Shown: positions 13,401-27,100 of the stretch, piece by piece
Layout of the letters: each line of letters starts with the position of its first letter
How positions within the stretch are numbered: the stretch's first letter is position 1
Source: Podarcis erhardii
Taxonomy: Eukaryota
Assembly: GCA_964252035.1 (NCBI GenBank)
Contig: OZ176201.1
Reading direction: 5' to 3' (one strand)
Length of the DNA: 64,000 nt
The notes under the pieces: generated by a model
What the model saw: the letters and a program-made list of their open reading frames with translations, nothing else
The model's database searches: none
What the model was told of the DNA's origin: nothing
Made by a program: the position numbers and the translations under genes

Positions 13401-16400
13401 TTTCTGTCATATGCTAGATGATAGTCCCGTTCAAAAGAGGAAGGCGGATTTCAAACACAGAGTTTATGACTTCTGGCTATAAACAACACTTTGCACGTTT
13501 CGCTTTATGACAAAAACATGCGCCCTCAACATTCTGTACATGTGAGACCCTGGAAATATGTTTTCTGTTTTGTTCAAAAGCAGGCTTCAAATAAAAACTG
13601 AATTTATGGAGGGGTTTCAGACTCTTCGGAAATTTTCTTTCAGATGTTACAAAGTCAGTCCTGGTTAGCTGATGTTAGAACTGCTGTAGGGAGACTTTGT
13701 GATGTCTGAAACCACGTTTCCCCCATAAAGATGAAGTAGCTACATAGTTGGCCCTTGAACAGTCACTCTAATCTTCTTTTTTTCCAGAGTGACTACCCTG
13801 GACCAGTTGAATAAGGAGCAGGTGCTTCAAGGCTTTACAAAGCTGCCCGTGTCTAATAAATGAGTAGATTATTTGGATTGATTTTGTGCCATCTGAAAAT
13901 AGTCACAAAACCCTCATGCCAAAGAAGCCTTGGAAAATCCCACACCTTACTTACAAGAGGGATTTGGCTACTCGTTAGAGAGGGATGGCTCTGCCATGCA
14001 ACTTAGCAACTACTCCCCTTTTTTCTGCAGTGTCCCCATTCCTACAGTATACACACCTGGGGAGGGCCTTAAAACTGTTGAGGTGACATGTGGGGAATGA
14101 GGTAAGAATATGTGACTTACAGAACCTGTACATGAACAAAGTAGCAACTTTCTTCTTCTTCTTCTTCTTTTACCAGTTATACCACATCCTTCCACTGCAA
14201 CATTTGGAATCTCAGACCTTAGTGGTTGTCTTCCTCTTAATGTTTTCTTTTCAATTTGCTCAAATAAACAGCACAGATGACCTAATGCTTGCTCAAACAA
14301 AAATGGGCAATTGCCCCCTCTTTAAGGTCTCTTCATAATGGGACAGCATAAATGCCTCTCTGAAAGTGAAAATGAAGGCCGTGGGGTTTTAAGCCAGCAA
14401 GGAGACAAATGCCCTGTGTTCTGTTGTGCTAATGCTGTCATTCTTGACAGTGATTTACATTGGAAATTCCTAGAGGGGAAAAGAGCCATACCAAGGTCTG
14501 GAAGCCACAAACACAGGCAATAGCATGTCATGACACATTTAGGAAATAATTCCGCTACATGCCATAGACAAATAATCTTCCTTAGTTAGCAAATGTTTAG
14601 ATGATGCACAGATAATTTTTTTCCCCTGGGAGGGAAAGACGGAAGCAAGATAATTTCTCTGCCTGTTCCTCCTCTTCTCCCAGCAATGAAGTCATTGGCT
14701 TCTGAAGGGAAATTTTTTTTTGCTTTTCTTTTCATCTTTAAGCTTGGGTATCTATAAACTGACAGCCTACTTCCTCATTGCCTCTAGGTGTGCATGCCCC
14801 AGACTGAAAAATAGGTTGTGGGACATATTTCTAGTGCTCCTTAATTCTGAAGCTTGGGGTAGGGAAGGCAAGAAGGATTTATTTAAAGATATATAAATAT
14901 AATTAAATTAGATAGTGAAAGCCCCCTTGAAACCACTTGGTCAAGAAGTAAGAGTGCTCCCTTTACTGTTACTGAATACAAAGGAAGAAGTGATTTCTTG
15001 ATGGTTTTCTTGGGTCTGAGCCCGTTTGATCCAGCCACAGTCCTCTCTCTTGTTCCCATTTAAAGTCTGCTTCATACCATGTATTAATTTCTTTGCTCTC
15101 CATTATCATTGTGTCTCTTACCTGGCAAAATTTTGGCACAGGCGTCTTACATCATGAATTTGGGAAGGCAGGCTCCCAGTGCCTTACTCTGTGCATCATT
15201 GTGCTGACATTCCAGAGATGATACCCACTGACCCGCTCTCCACCGCCATTCAGTATCATCACTGTGAAACCTGTCTTGCTTGAACCCATTTGCCTCCAGA
15301 TTGTCTGCCCTGACAGCTATATTGCTCATGCTAGGCAATCGTTTCTTCATCATCCTTTTCTGTTAAAGTTCTGTTATTTCTTTATTTTTTTTTGCAGAGA
15401 AGTTCACGGCAATTTTTTAAGAGACCAAATGGCTGCAAGAATTTGAATTGATAGTCCCCTTCAATAGTTTCTCCAAATCATGTCGGGGAGAAAGAGTCAG
15501 ACAGAGTAGGGCCCACAACATGGCTCTGCCCCCAGAGTCACATCTCCTGCTAATCCTAGCCCTCACCACTCCACACCTCCATTAGGGCTGAAGATCTGAA
15601 GTGGGGATCCTGGCTCCCCATGTGATTGAGATCCCTGATCATGCAGGGTTCTCGGGCATGCAGGGAACCTGCACTTGTTGAATGCCACTCGTGAATCAAC
15701 TGAATAAAATGGTAGAGGCTGTTGTAGAAACCACAGCTTGGAAACATTAAGTTCCAGTTTCAATTCCTGGCACTTCCAGTTAAAAATGGATGTCCATAGC
15801 AGGGTACCTCCATAGCAGAGAACCTCTGCTTAAGGTTCTAGAGAACTAGATGGACCCCTGGTCTAACTGAGCTGAAGCAGTGGTCTTGCTCCTTATAAAG
15901 TGACTTTTTATTAATGCAAGGAAATGTTCAATTGGAAACTTGTTTCTGTTAAAAAGGAATTGGAACTGCTTATGGTTAAGCAGTTGATGATAGCTATACA
16001 GTATCCCCTTTTTTGCAGTACTGTACTGAAAGACCTCAAAATGCTTTGCAAACAGTTGCAACTTTCTGGCAGTGCCTTTTCTGTGTATACTCCATGTGTA
16101 GTATGAATCTGTTTGTAAGTACATTCTGGGTCACTGAGCAACTGTTCTTGATTAGTGTTTTCACTAGACAGTGTATTACAACAGCATCAAGGTCTGGTGT
16201 ATTAATACTTTTGAAACAGGGATGCTTGATGAGGACTTTTTTTCTGGGTGTGACAGGTTGTGAAATCAGTATCCTCTATAATTCTTGGATTTCACCTTAG
16301 TAACTGGTGAGGTGGTTCAAGTATCAAGATGAACCATTGTTTATTGTGATGACAACAATCTGCAACAAACCTTGGGCTTGAGTACTCTCCCTCCTCTCTT

Positions 16401-16566
16401 CTCAGACATGGCTGCAATGAGCAGATTATAAGGTTTTGCTCTGGTTGTTGTTGTTATTATTACAAACTAAAACTTCAGCCAGTTTGCCAATCTTAGCTAT
16501 GGTTTGTTTGAAACAGGCCAGCTTCAAACCATTGAATTCATTGGGGTTTATTCCCAAGTAAATGTA

Positions 16567-16808
16567 CAGTGGTACCTCGGGTTAAGTACTTAATTCATTC
16601 CGGAGGTCCGTTCTTAACCTGAAACTGTTCTTAACCTGAAGCACCACTTTAGCTAATGGGACCTCCTGCTGCCGCTGCGCCACTGGAGCACGATTTCTGT
16701 TCTCATACTGAAGCAAAGTTCTTAACCTGAAGCACTATTTCTGGGGTAGCGGAGTCTGTAACCTGAAGCGTATGTAACCTGAAGTGTATGTAACCTGAGG
16801 TACCACTG
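16567..16808. mobile_element. Tigger/pogo-like MITE family A (242 bp)
   Basis: TIRs CAGTGGTACCTC(G/A)GGTTA; TA TSD (16565-66, 16809-10); repeated TAACCTGAA subterminal motif; second copy at 41986-42203. Confidence 0.92.
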
Positions 16809-18789
16809 TACTTAGGACTGCAGCTTTCATGTATGCACTGGCCTCGGGTGTAGCTTCCCTCTCCTACCCTGTAAACATGTAAGTTTGAATTATTGTTTCT
16901 AGTCATTCCCATTCTGTATAAAGCTGTGCAAATGATACCATATTTTTTTTAATGGCAATATACATTTCTTGCCTGAATTCATCTCTGTGAGTAGCCTCGT
17001 TAATATTTTTATAGGTCAGATTTCATAGAATTCTAATCAGCTGTACAGGATTTGAAGCACATAGCAGATGCATGAGTGCGCACACCCACCAAATACAGTT
17101 CCTCTTGTCTTTTAATAGGTGGTTGCAAATGCATGCATTTTTAATTGAAACACTTCTGGAAACTTTTTGTTGCTTCGATAATCAATCCTAGTCCTTTTAA
17201 TGTTAGTAACTCTGGTCTAGCTCAGACCTACACAACTTTTGACACCCCCACCCCAAAAACCAATCAGAGTCCACAAGCCATACATTTCAGGCCACCAGGA
17301 TCTCAGTAACAGCAGCCAGGCTAGGACTGTAAAAAACAGATTTGGATTTAGCTTCTGTCGGCAGTGCACACTATCTCTGAGAAGTTCCATCCGACAAATT
17401 TTTACGCTTCCCTCCCATCACATATGCAGAAATGTGCCCCTTACTCCACACTCACACTGTCTGCAACAAAGAGGGGGCATAGATCATGACTGGCACCCAG
17501 AGCCCCCTTAAAACTCCACTCTGTTTTCAAGAACTGATTTACGTATGCAGTATCTCCTTGGTCCCAAAGCCTGACAAGTGAGTATTCAGTTCCCCCTACT
17601 GCCCAATCCATTCCTACCACTCAGAAGGGCCTTTCTCATTAATGGTTTCTCTGAAGAATAGGCATTAACAGCTGGTGCATCGAGCGGCAAATATGCAACT
17701 AATATCACTGAACATTGCTGATATTTACAATACAGCAAAATTGCTTTTTGTGATCCAATCCCCTCACCCCAAAAATCTGTCCCTTTGTTTTTGTTGGAAT
17801 GGAACCAAATCTTTACTTGTTGCTCAGTGTCTTGATTCGATTTGTATCCATAAGCCATTCCATAAAATACTGAAAATGTTCCCCTTAATCTCTTGTGTTT
17901 TAATAATAGACTCCCGATTATCCCTCGGAGACACTGCTGTAGGTCGCAAGTGCTTTTATTCTCAAGGACTCTGCGTGGCAGTTATCTTCTGGATGATGGA
18001 CTGGAGTTCAGACTTAAATAATTCATTTGTTCAGCCTGTCAATTTTTTCTAGAAATGTTAAAAGTGGGAAGGCATGAACACCAACACTTTTTGGACTTAA
18101 CTAGTCGGCTGAGTGTCAGGCTATTTTAATACACCAATAACAGCTTGGGATCTATTTTAGGAATGCTGTCTAGGATGGCAGCTTAGTCTTCCTGTTTGTT
18201 TATTTATTTTTAACCTGTTAAAAATGTATCTTCAGACACCTCCCCCGGAACAGATTTCCTGTGGAATTTTCAGAGCTGCATAGGAATGTGGCCAAGCTGC
18301 ATGCATATTAATATTTGTTGTGAAGGCTTGATGCATAATGGGATTTGTAGTGTTCATTTTTGTGGGTCAAAATGAGTGGGGGGGGCACATGCTGTCACTT
18401 AGTACAGTTGGAATAGGTTGCAATGAAGTCAGCTTTTCAAGTGACATAGTCTGCAGCTTGCTGAGAACCTCCTGTGTTTCTTATTCAGAAGAGAATTGTG
18501 GCACGTATTAGTAGTGTTGTTGCTTGATGCGTTGAAATTTCAATGAGTTAAAACAACCACGTGCACATATGCAAATGCGCATGTGATAACAAGAAAAACT
18601 TTCCTGGTCCATGGCGAGCCTGTGGTGGACTTGCAGAAAGTAACAGAGCAGCTTAGAATTGAATCCAGGCAAATCAAAAGAGAAAACCTGTTTTCTGACT
18701 CACTTCTACAGGCATTGTTCGCTGTGGCTAGGATGGATAGTAACAATCATGGTAAGGGTTTTAAGTTTCATTCCTGTGATGAAGTGGAT

Positions 18790-18895
18790 AAAGTCCTGGG
18801 ACTGAATGTGAGAGATGCAGACTGAAATCCCTGCTGAGCCACAAAGCTCACTGGGTGGCCTTGAGCCAAGTCAGTGTCTCTCAGCTTAAAATTCT
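18790..18895 (+). mobile_element. Old tRNA/CORE-type SINE relic
   Basis: 'gactgaaatccctgctgagccacaaagctcactgggtggccttgagccaagtcagtgtctctcagc' resembles the B-box plus CORE segment of the SINE at 49365. Confidence 0.5.
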
Positions 18896-21504
18896 TGGGC
18901 CATTACTGTAGTCCTGTGAATTCTTTTGACCCAAAGTCTTAAAGGAGGGAGACACACAGGCAGGACTGTTTGCATGATACTTTTCCACGCCTCTTCCCCA
19001 CCCTCATCACAATGCATAGAAAACACATGTGCATTAGCTAATATAGGTTATGATTCCTGTGTGGCTTGGGGAGGATGGGAACAGAGCAGGAAAGGGAGCA
19101 CATAAGCCTACGTCCAGCTCCTAATCTCATAGGGCATAGAGATGAGTTCAGAAATGCATCACATTTTAACTCTCTCAAACATGCCACCAGCTGAGATATT
19201 CCATTCTAGACAGTGCTCTTGGTAGAGCTGGAAGTGATCCAAACCAAAGGTATTTCTCTGGTAGTAGACTTTAGATGCCAACTCTCTCTCTTTCTTTTAA
19301 AAACGAGGGATAAGGTTTCTAACACATTGTTAATCTCAATTTAATGAGCCAGCTCGTGTTTGAGAATTGGTATCAGTGTTGCCAAAAGTGTATGAAAATA
19401 AGCTTTGAAAGGGGGAAGGATGGAGCAATACATTAACTGGAGCCAAATTACTAATACAAAAGCATCTGGAATTATTTATCTAATTATCAAAGCAACAATA
19501 TTTTCAGAATTCTTTCAGCAATGAAACAGACAACTATTCATTTGCACTCCTCAGTTAAAAAGTGTGGAAAGTGTTGCTGTCCTCCCACACCCACCAATAA
19601 ACTATAATAATTCGCTTTCTGATAACAATTATCACAATGGCACTGATTCTCACTAATAATGGAGAGATGGTGAGATGTCTACCAAAGAGGGATCATAGTG
19701 TCCTTGGTGTATACATGGCAGCTGGAGCCCATCTGTAATTTGGTTGCAATGTAAACAGACCAGTGGCTATTGATGCCCAGTGAAAAGTTGGAAGACTTCA
19801 TGGGAAAGTTTATTAACATTTAAAATCCTATATTGCTCCCTGCTACAACACTTGATTTTAAGAGTCATAGTCATGGCGGCTTAGTACATGCCATTCATGC
19901 ACGGAGATGGGTTCTGTGTGTGGATTGCCCTTTTGTCTACACAGAAGAGTTTTCTGGGCGGGAGTGGGAGAAGAATGCTTCCGATAGTTGAGGGAGCTAT
20001 GATTCAGAGATGTTTGTTTCCAGACATTTTGGGATCTCTCTTGACTTCAGTGGGAGTTTCTAAACTGCTGTCACCTTGTCTGCAGATTTTATATACCATT
20101 CCATACCGTTGTCTCTCAGGGTGAGAAATGATATCGGAGTGAGTGTGGGATTCATTCTCTCTCCCCACCCCCCCCCGCTCTGTTTTTTTGCTTCTTGTGC
20201 AACAGCACACCTGCTGCATTGTCATGCCTTCAGATCCCACCAGTGCAAGGGGACTTACTAGCTTTTGGACTTTTTTATCCATAGAGTGTTACTTGTAGAT
20301 AGGATTACAGCTTTTACTTTCATTGAATGATATTTTGTTGGTTTACCAGTGGGTATGATTTCGGAAAACTTTTCATTCTTTCCTAGGATTTCTCTTCATT
20401 CTTTCCTAGGATTTCTCTCTCCCCCCCCCCAAAAAAAAATAATATCACTAGCCCCTTCCCATGTCTGTGAAAGTCATAAGATTTGGCAAAGCTCTAAATC
20501 TTTTTGCCAGATACATTTAATAAGCAGCTTTAATTATCAGAAAATGAAAAACATCCCTTTTACAGTGTGTCTCATTATTATTTTTTGAGTTGTGCTATTT
20601 TTGTAAAATAATTCCTGAGTGAATCAAGGTGGCAGTAAATAACAATGTGAGATTTCATTGAAGACTGCTAGCAGAACTATCTTCCCACTTTAATAAGCTG
20701 ATTTATTTATGGGCATTGGCCACGAAGGCTTTATACTAGAATGTAGGTAGAGAGAAGATGACTGACTAATGCATTTGCCATAATAAAATTAAGGATTTAC
20801 ATAAGGGAATTAGTATATGGAATGATGTAGCATGCCTATCTAGCACATTAAAGAGGAACAGTTTGTATATAAAATAAGAAAACACATTTGTTCCTGCTGG
20901 TTAGCATTCATGATGCCGAATACTCAGGAGCTGGATTGAACCATTTTTCAACCACGCACCAGCTTCATAGTTCAGCTATTGGCTTATTCCCCCCCCCCCC
21001 AGTGCCTCTGGCAATTTCTCATGCAGTGTTTTAATTGTTGTAACCGGCCCTGGGACCTTGGGGTGAAGGGCGAATAATAAATTTTAATAAGAACAACAAC
21101 AATAACATCATAATATTACTACTCAGGGGCAAGCCTAGGTTGGTTTGTTACAGAGAATACCAGAATTTTTGGCCAGCAACTGTTCCCTGGCAAGCAGACT
21201 GGTATGGTACACATTTATGCAATACACAGTTAAGTGCATGCTTACTGTATTGTATGTGTGTGCTCAGAAACATACATGAGGTGACCCTGCAGCTATTAAA
21301 ACTAACATTTGGAAAAAAATTTTGCTTCTGCAGTTTCGTTGAGTGTGTCAGGGCTGTTGCAGCCATTCAAAAATATGCCCTGACTGGCCTTGATGCAACA
21401 AGCACTGTCTGCAAATATAGTAACAGCTAGCCAGAAGTGATCACTAGTTGCAGCAACGGAAAATGGGCTGTGCCTAAGGCATAAAACATGACCAGAAGTC
21501 TGTA

Positions 21505-21745
21505 CAGTTGTACCTTGGAAGTTGAACGGAATCTGTTCTTGAAGTCCACTTGACTTCCAAAGCATTCGAAAACCGAAGCATAGCTTCTGGTTGGCTGCAG
21601 GAAGCTCCTGCAGCCAATTGGAAGCCCCATCAGATGTTCGGCTTCCAAAAATAGTTCGCAAACTGGAACAGTCACTTCTGGGTTTGCAACTTTCAGGAGC
21701 CAAAACGTTCGGGAACTAAGCTGTTCAACTTCCAAGGTACGACTG
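21505..21745. mobile_element. Tigger/pogo-like MITE family B (241 bp)
   Basis: TIRs CAGT(T/C)GTACCTTGGAAGTTGAAC; left TA, right TG (decayed TA); second copy at 41770-41983. Confidence 0.9.
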
Positions 21746-21835
21746 TGTCTTTTTTTCTGGATATCCTGGGCCATATATTGCATGCTCCACACAAATGTTT
21801 CCCCAAGGACAGTTGTGTAGTGAAGATTTGAAATA

Positions 21836-22094
21836 CCGTATTTTTTGCTCTATAAGACTCACTTTTTCCCTCCTAAAAAGTAAGGGGAAATGTGTGCGCG
21901 TCTTATGGAGCAAATTCAGGCTGTGCAGCTATCCCAGAAGCCAGAACAGCAAGAGGGATCGCTGCTTTTGCTGCACAGCGATTCCTCTTGCTGTTCTGGC
22001 TTCGGGGATTCAGAATATTTTTTTTCTTGTTTTCCTCCTCCAAAAACTAGGTGCGTCTTGTGGTCGGGTGCGTCTTATAGAGCAAAAAATACGG
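21836..22094 (-). mobile_element. Tc2/pogo-like MITE, hairpin-cassette family, diverged subfamily copy (259 bp), reversed relative to copies 1 and 2
   Basis: Perfect 23-bp TIR CCGTATTTTTTGCTCTATAAGAC; TA/TG flanks; shares the subterminal block (revcomp of CACACATTTCCCCTT...GGAGGGAAAAAGTG) with 8674 and 42481. Confidence 0.9.
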
Positions 22095-22193
22095 TGCCTG
22101 AAATGGCCGCTGGCTTCCAGTTGTATGGCACTTCATAGTGCATTCCTGCATAGTTGCTGTTCGGTAGGCACATGGAACCAATCACCCTTATCC

Positions 22194-22334
22194 NNNNNNN
22201 NNNNNNNNNNNNNNNNNNNNNNNNNNNNNNNNNNNNNNNNNNNNNNNNNNNNNNNNNNNNNNNNNNNNNNNNNNNNNNNNNNNNNNNNNNNNNNNNNNNN
22301 NNNNNNNNNNNNNNNNNNNNNNNNNNNNNNNNNN
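22194..22334. other. Assembly gap (141 N)
   Basis: Run of N. Confidence 1.
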
Positions 22335-24019
22335 ATTCAGAAAGTAAAGAACCATTGTGGTGTTATGAAGCAGCTACAGGAGAAGAAAAGCTAGAGGTGA
22401 AAACAAATCATACTGTATGAGAAAACCCCATGGCATCTGGTTGAGGCAGATAGCCAGGCAAATGCTTTATTTATTTCACGGCCACATACTGCGCCCCCCG
22501 CCAGTAGTTAAGTCATGATTATTTGTTCCATCGAGGTCTCTTGGGCTGGAGTGGCTCCCCAGGGGGCAGAGCTTCAGCGATGTCCTTGACTGGGAGGGCT
22601 GAGGAGATGGCAAAGTCATAGCTGCACAGAAGCAGCAGTGGGAGCACCAGATTGGCTTTGCTGGTGTGTCTGCCATGTCCTGACCTCACTGCCTCCTGTT
22701 CTTCCTGCTAAGCATCAACAGTAGGAGGCTGCTCCAGTAGCTCCACATGACCAGGAGAGCCATCCCTGGTCAAGATTAGTTTTTAAAAGGAGTATTGCAT
22801 GTCTTGAGATGTGACCTCAGACGCTGCTGTTTCTGGAATCACTAAGCCATACATGTCACCCCTGTGTTCCAAATCTACCAGTCTCCACACATCTGTTCGA
22901 GGCCCTGGTTAAATGGAGCAGCTCTTTAGCCCAAGGTGTAGTCATAGTTGTTCAGCCATGAACCCTCCAGTTCACGTCTAATTTGTAATTATGAGGATAA
23001 ACTGTCAATCTGGAGTTGAATCAAAATGATCTATATGACTCGGGGCACACCAGTTATAGTCAAACAGTTGGATGTTGGGATAAATGTAAGTGCTGTTCAC
23101 ACTGACGCTCCTCTTACTGCATAGTTTGTTAATTACTTTCTACCTTTAATGAGGGAGAGAGGTGGTGGAGGGAGCACACAAGTTCAGAACCCGCTTTTGA
23201 TCTTGCCCTATATAGAATTCGATGGTGAAGCAATATCTGAACAGGTCCCAATTACTAGTTAAGGGATGCTGCTTTTAATCCTGGCACGCAGAATATTCAC
23301 AACAAATGTTCAGTGTCATGGATGAGTAACACATAAAATAAATTTGTTGCAACTTGTTTTGGGGGAGCAGTAATAATCTGGGAATCACTTCTCTGCTGGG
23401 TTCCCAAGTATGTTTTGACTTCAGTAGAACACAATTCTATGCACATTTAGTCAGAAGTAAGTCCTGCTGAGTTCAGCTGGGCTGTGTTGATACCAAACTA
23501 CTGCATTTGGTGACCAAATTGGCAAGAGATTTGTTCGCTTACTGCTCTGCAGAGGCCTTTTTGGTCTGCTAGTCTAGGCTGGTTTTACCAGAGCAGTGCC
23601 ACAAGGCCCAAGTTGCTCTTTGTCACTTTTGATTGCACTAGGCAAGTCACTTCTTTTCACTGTACATCTTGTTATCCCATTTACCTTGCAGCAGTAACGA
23701 TTTATTTCTCACATTTATTCCCCACCCTTTCTCTAAGGACCTAGCGGCTATTTTGGTTTAGAAAGTACTGGATACCTTGAGGCAGGGCCAGCTGCTCTCA
23801 TATGAATTTGCCTCAAATGTTAATACTCTCATCAGGCACCTAGCTCTGAGTAACCCCACCTTCTGAGGTTAGGTGAGCAGCTGCCAGGAGCAGGATCATT
23901 CCCCTTTTCTACACCCTATTTATAGAATTCCCTACCAACCTGACAGTCCCTTTGATGATGATAGTGTGCTAGCTAAAATGATTTTATTTGCCCAGGCTTT
24001 TAGTGGCAAATAATAATAA

Positions 24020-24168
24020 TAGAATCATAGACTTGTAGAATTAGAAGAGACCACGAGGATCATCTAGTCCAACACCCTGCAACGCAGGAATCTTTTGTCC
24101 AATGTGGAACTTGAACCCATGACCCCGAGTTTAAGAGCCTCATGCTCTACCAGCTGAGCTTTCCCAGA
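24020..24168 (-). mobile_element. tRNA(Lys)-like head SINE with CR1-type tail
   Basis: Minus strand reads AGCTCAGCTGGTAGAGCATGAGGCTCTTAAACTCGGGGTCATGGGTTCAAGTTCC (A and B boxes), then GGACTAGATGATCCTCGTGGTCTCTTCTAATTCTACAAGTCTATGATTCTA (CR1-like 3' end). Confidence 0.8.
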
Positions 24169-27100
24169 CTGAAAAATCAAGAATGTTACTGTGCTTCTGC
24201 TATTGGTTTTATTGATGTATTTTTTGTTTGTTTTGATGTATTTTATGTTTGCTTGTTTTTTCAAAACTTTTGTTGTAAGCTGTCTGGAGGACTCTGCTCA
24301 AAAGGCTGGGTAAACATTTTAAAATAAATAAATACACAGATGTCACTCCCATGTTATCCTTGCCACAGCCCTGTGAGACACGACTATGCCAAGATCAACA
24401 GTGAGATTCATGACCAATAATATTTTGAACCCAGGTCATTCGGGTCCAATTATAGCATCCTAGCTGCTATATGACACTTATTCTCCAGATATATCATATT
24501 ACAAAAGCTATGAATGACAAATTACAGCATAGAAGCAAATTCCAACCGATGGTATTAGTGTTCAATGTTGTGTCTAAAAGAGAGGCTTTTGCTGTGTGGG
24601 CTGAGGTGAACTTATGGTAGATTGTAACCAAATGATATTTTTGACACATCTGGTCTGAAATACATTTAGGTTTTGCCTCCTCTCAGTTGAGTGCATTGTT
24701 TATTTATTTCCCTTGTATTGTGTGCTTTCCAACCAGCTCAATAGACTACTTCTCTTTAACACCTTGAATTCAGGAACTTAAATTTCTGTCTGAATTTCTG
24801 TCTACAGCCCCATTCATGTGTGCCACTTAGCACTTAAAACTAAATACAAGGTGCTGAACTTCATCCCACCCCTATGTAACTGTGCCCATCGCCACCGACA
24901 AGTTGGAGGGCAAAGTCCAAAGTGGGGAGCCTCATCTACTAGCGGAGGCTGTACCATGATTTAGATGCCCAATTTTGCAGGTCCCTGTATGATGTGGCAA
25001 GGCTCAGCAAGTAGAGGAGTGTCTCTGCTCCAGCTCATAGAAAGTGGCTGACTTAGCAATGCAGAGTGTCTGTAGAGTTTACCATGCTTGGAGACGCCTG
25101 TGCTGCTTGTGTGTAGCCTTTGCATGCAAGCAGCACAGCTGAATGGGGCAGTTGAATGTGGGAACTGAATCCATGGAACAGAATTACAGTGTAGATTGAG
25201 TTACCCGCTAAACCTTTCCATCAAGACCGTCCCTTCCTTAAACATACTTAAATATAAGTGTTTTCAGGAAAAAGATAGGCATAAATTACAGAAACGCATC
25301 CACTACCTCAGGGCTGCACAGTCCCTAAAAGGCACCAGAACTTACTCAGCAGAAAGTTACTCTTTCGTGGCAGCCTTCCTTCCTTATCATGCTGAATTCG
25401 GCCTTGAACTACTTGCCTCCTGGCTGTCTATCTGTTTTAATAGACCTCCCTTGTCATTCATATGCCACCAGGAATCATGGGAATGCAATTTCCCGTGGGA
25501 CAAGCAATAGCTTTGCTTTGCACATATACACTCAGGTTGAATTGCCAGCATAAGCTCCTTCCCTTGGGATCTCTGCTCAAGGAATGTTTAGAGCTTTTCA
25601 TTTTCTCACCCTCAGACTGGGATGTACCATCCCACACATTTCACTGCCTTAATGTTTGATGAGCCTGGGGTGGCACCCGCTTAGGACTCCAGGTTAACCC
25701 TATGCCACCCAATCAGCAGACAGGTAAAAACAAGCCTTCTCATTTTATATACAAGCACTCCAGGACAGTAAAGTCCAGTTCCTTCACAGTCTGTGATAAA
25801 AGTCATAGTTTGATGTTGTTCGCCTGTGTGTTTGAAGTGGGCCTTCGGTGTCTTGTTCTCTTGCTTTCCAAATTTACATATCCATCGTTTCAGGGCATGC
25901 CCGTGTCCACCATGCATTTAAACTTTATCTGAATATCTTTGATGTCCTCCATCTGGGCCATTCAGATGAATGTAGCTGAACTGTGCATGAACAAATGGAT
26001 CTTGTACCTCTAGTGCAGGCTTTACATTTTCAGATATATCTGCTTCCAGAGTAAGGAGCCCTCCAGTGCCTCTGGCTGTAAATGAAAGCTTTTAATAGGG
26101 TGGTTTGCTGCACACCCTGAGAGGAGCTCTCAGAGGTTTCCTGTTCTAACATCACTTATTAACATCATCTTGAGATGACTCATCTCTGCCTTTCAGTTCG
26201 TCTTGTTACTCCCACCTCTGGCACGAACTTCAAACGGCTTCAAAGGGGAAAAAATATATAATCAGCATACCAGACTGCAATAGTGAAGGAGCATCTCCTG
26301 GCTATTTGCTTAATTTTTGCAGGTACAAACCTTTCCACATATGAACATGTGGGATAAGCAGCCATGTGGCTCTTCTCTTCCATGGTAATGACAGAGATGT
26401 GGGGCTTTTTTTAAACAACAGCAATAACAGTATGCCCACTGAACATTTTTTAAAAAAAACTTTTGAACAATCAATAATCTTTGCCTGGGGTAGGGGAGGA
26501 GGGAACCAAGCCTAGCAATTGGGCTCTAGGTAGATGCTTCAAATCTAAAAACAAAATTTCCCAATTTTAACAGAGAAATGATTTCGCATATATTATTGTA
26601 TTTTACTTAGTCACCTTTAGGTTGAATGCATTTATTCTTTTAATGGTTTCCCCTTTCAGTGTATTTATCCCCTGCCCACTTTCTAGCCTGTTTGAAAAGA
26701 TTCCCTCCGTACATAGGGATGAGTCACTCAGTTCCTATGACATTTTCTACCCCCTCCAATGGTTATGATCAATTCTTTCTGTTCTCTTATCTCCCTGTAT
26801 ATACCATGCAGAGCCTTTAAAGTTCAAAAGTGTTATCTTGTTCTCTTAGTGGCAGGCTTATCTCGACATAAAGTTGGTTTCATTCATATTGTTCCCCCCT
26901 TTAAACTTAAGAACACTCATCCTGGGCTTTTTGATGTTCACTCTTGGTGCTTCACATTAAATCCCCATCTTTTTAATTCTGAACCTGGAACATTCCTATT
27001 TTCCACCCCACCCCAATACCAACAGAAGCAGCTAAGATATGAGGCAAAATTGCAGCTGTGAGACCAAATCTGCAATGGGTGTTTCACTTACAGTAGGTAC

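Noticed and set aside
24100-24168. tRNA gene (also 49365-49430 and 63123-63170)
   Set aside because: These tRNA-like heads lack a full cloverleaf and T-terminator and continue into SINE bodies and LINE tails.
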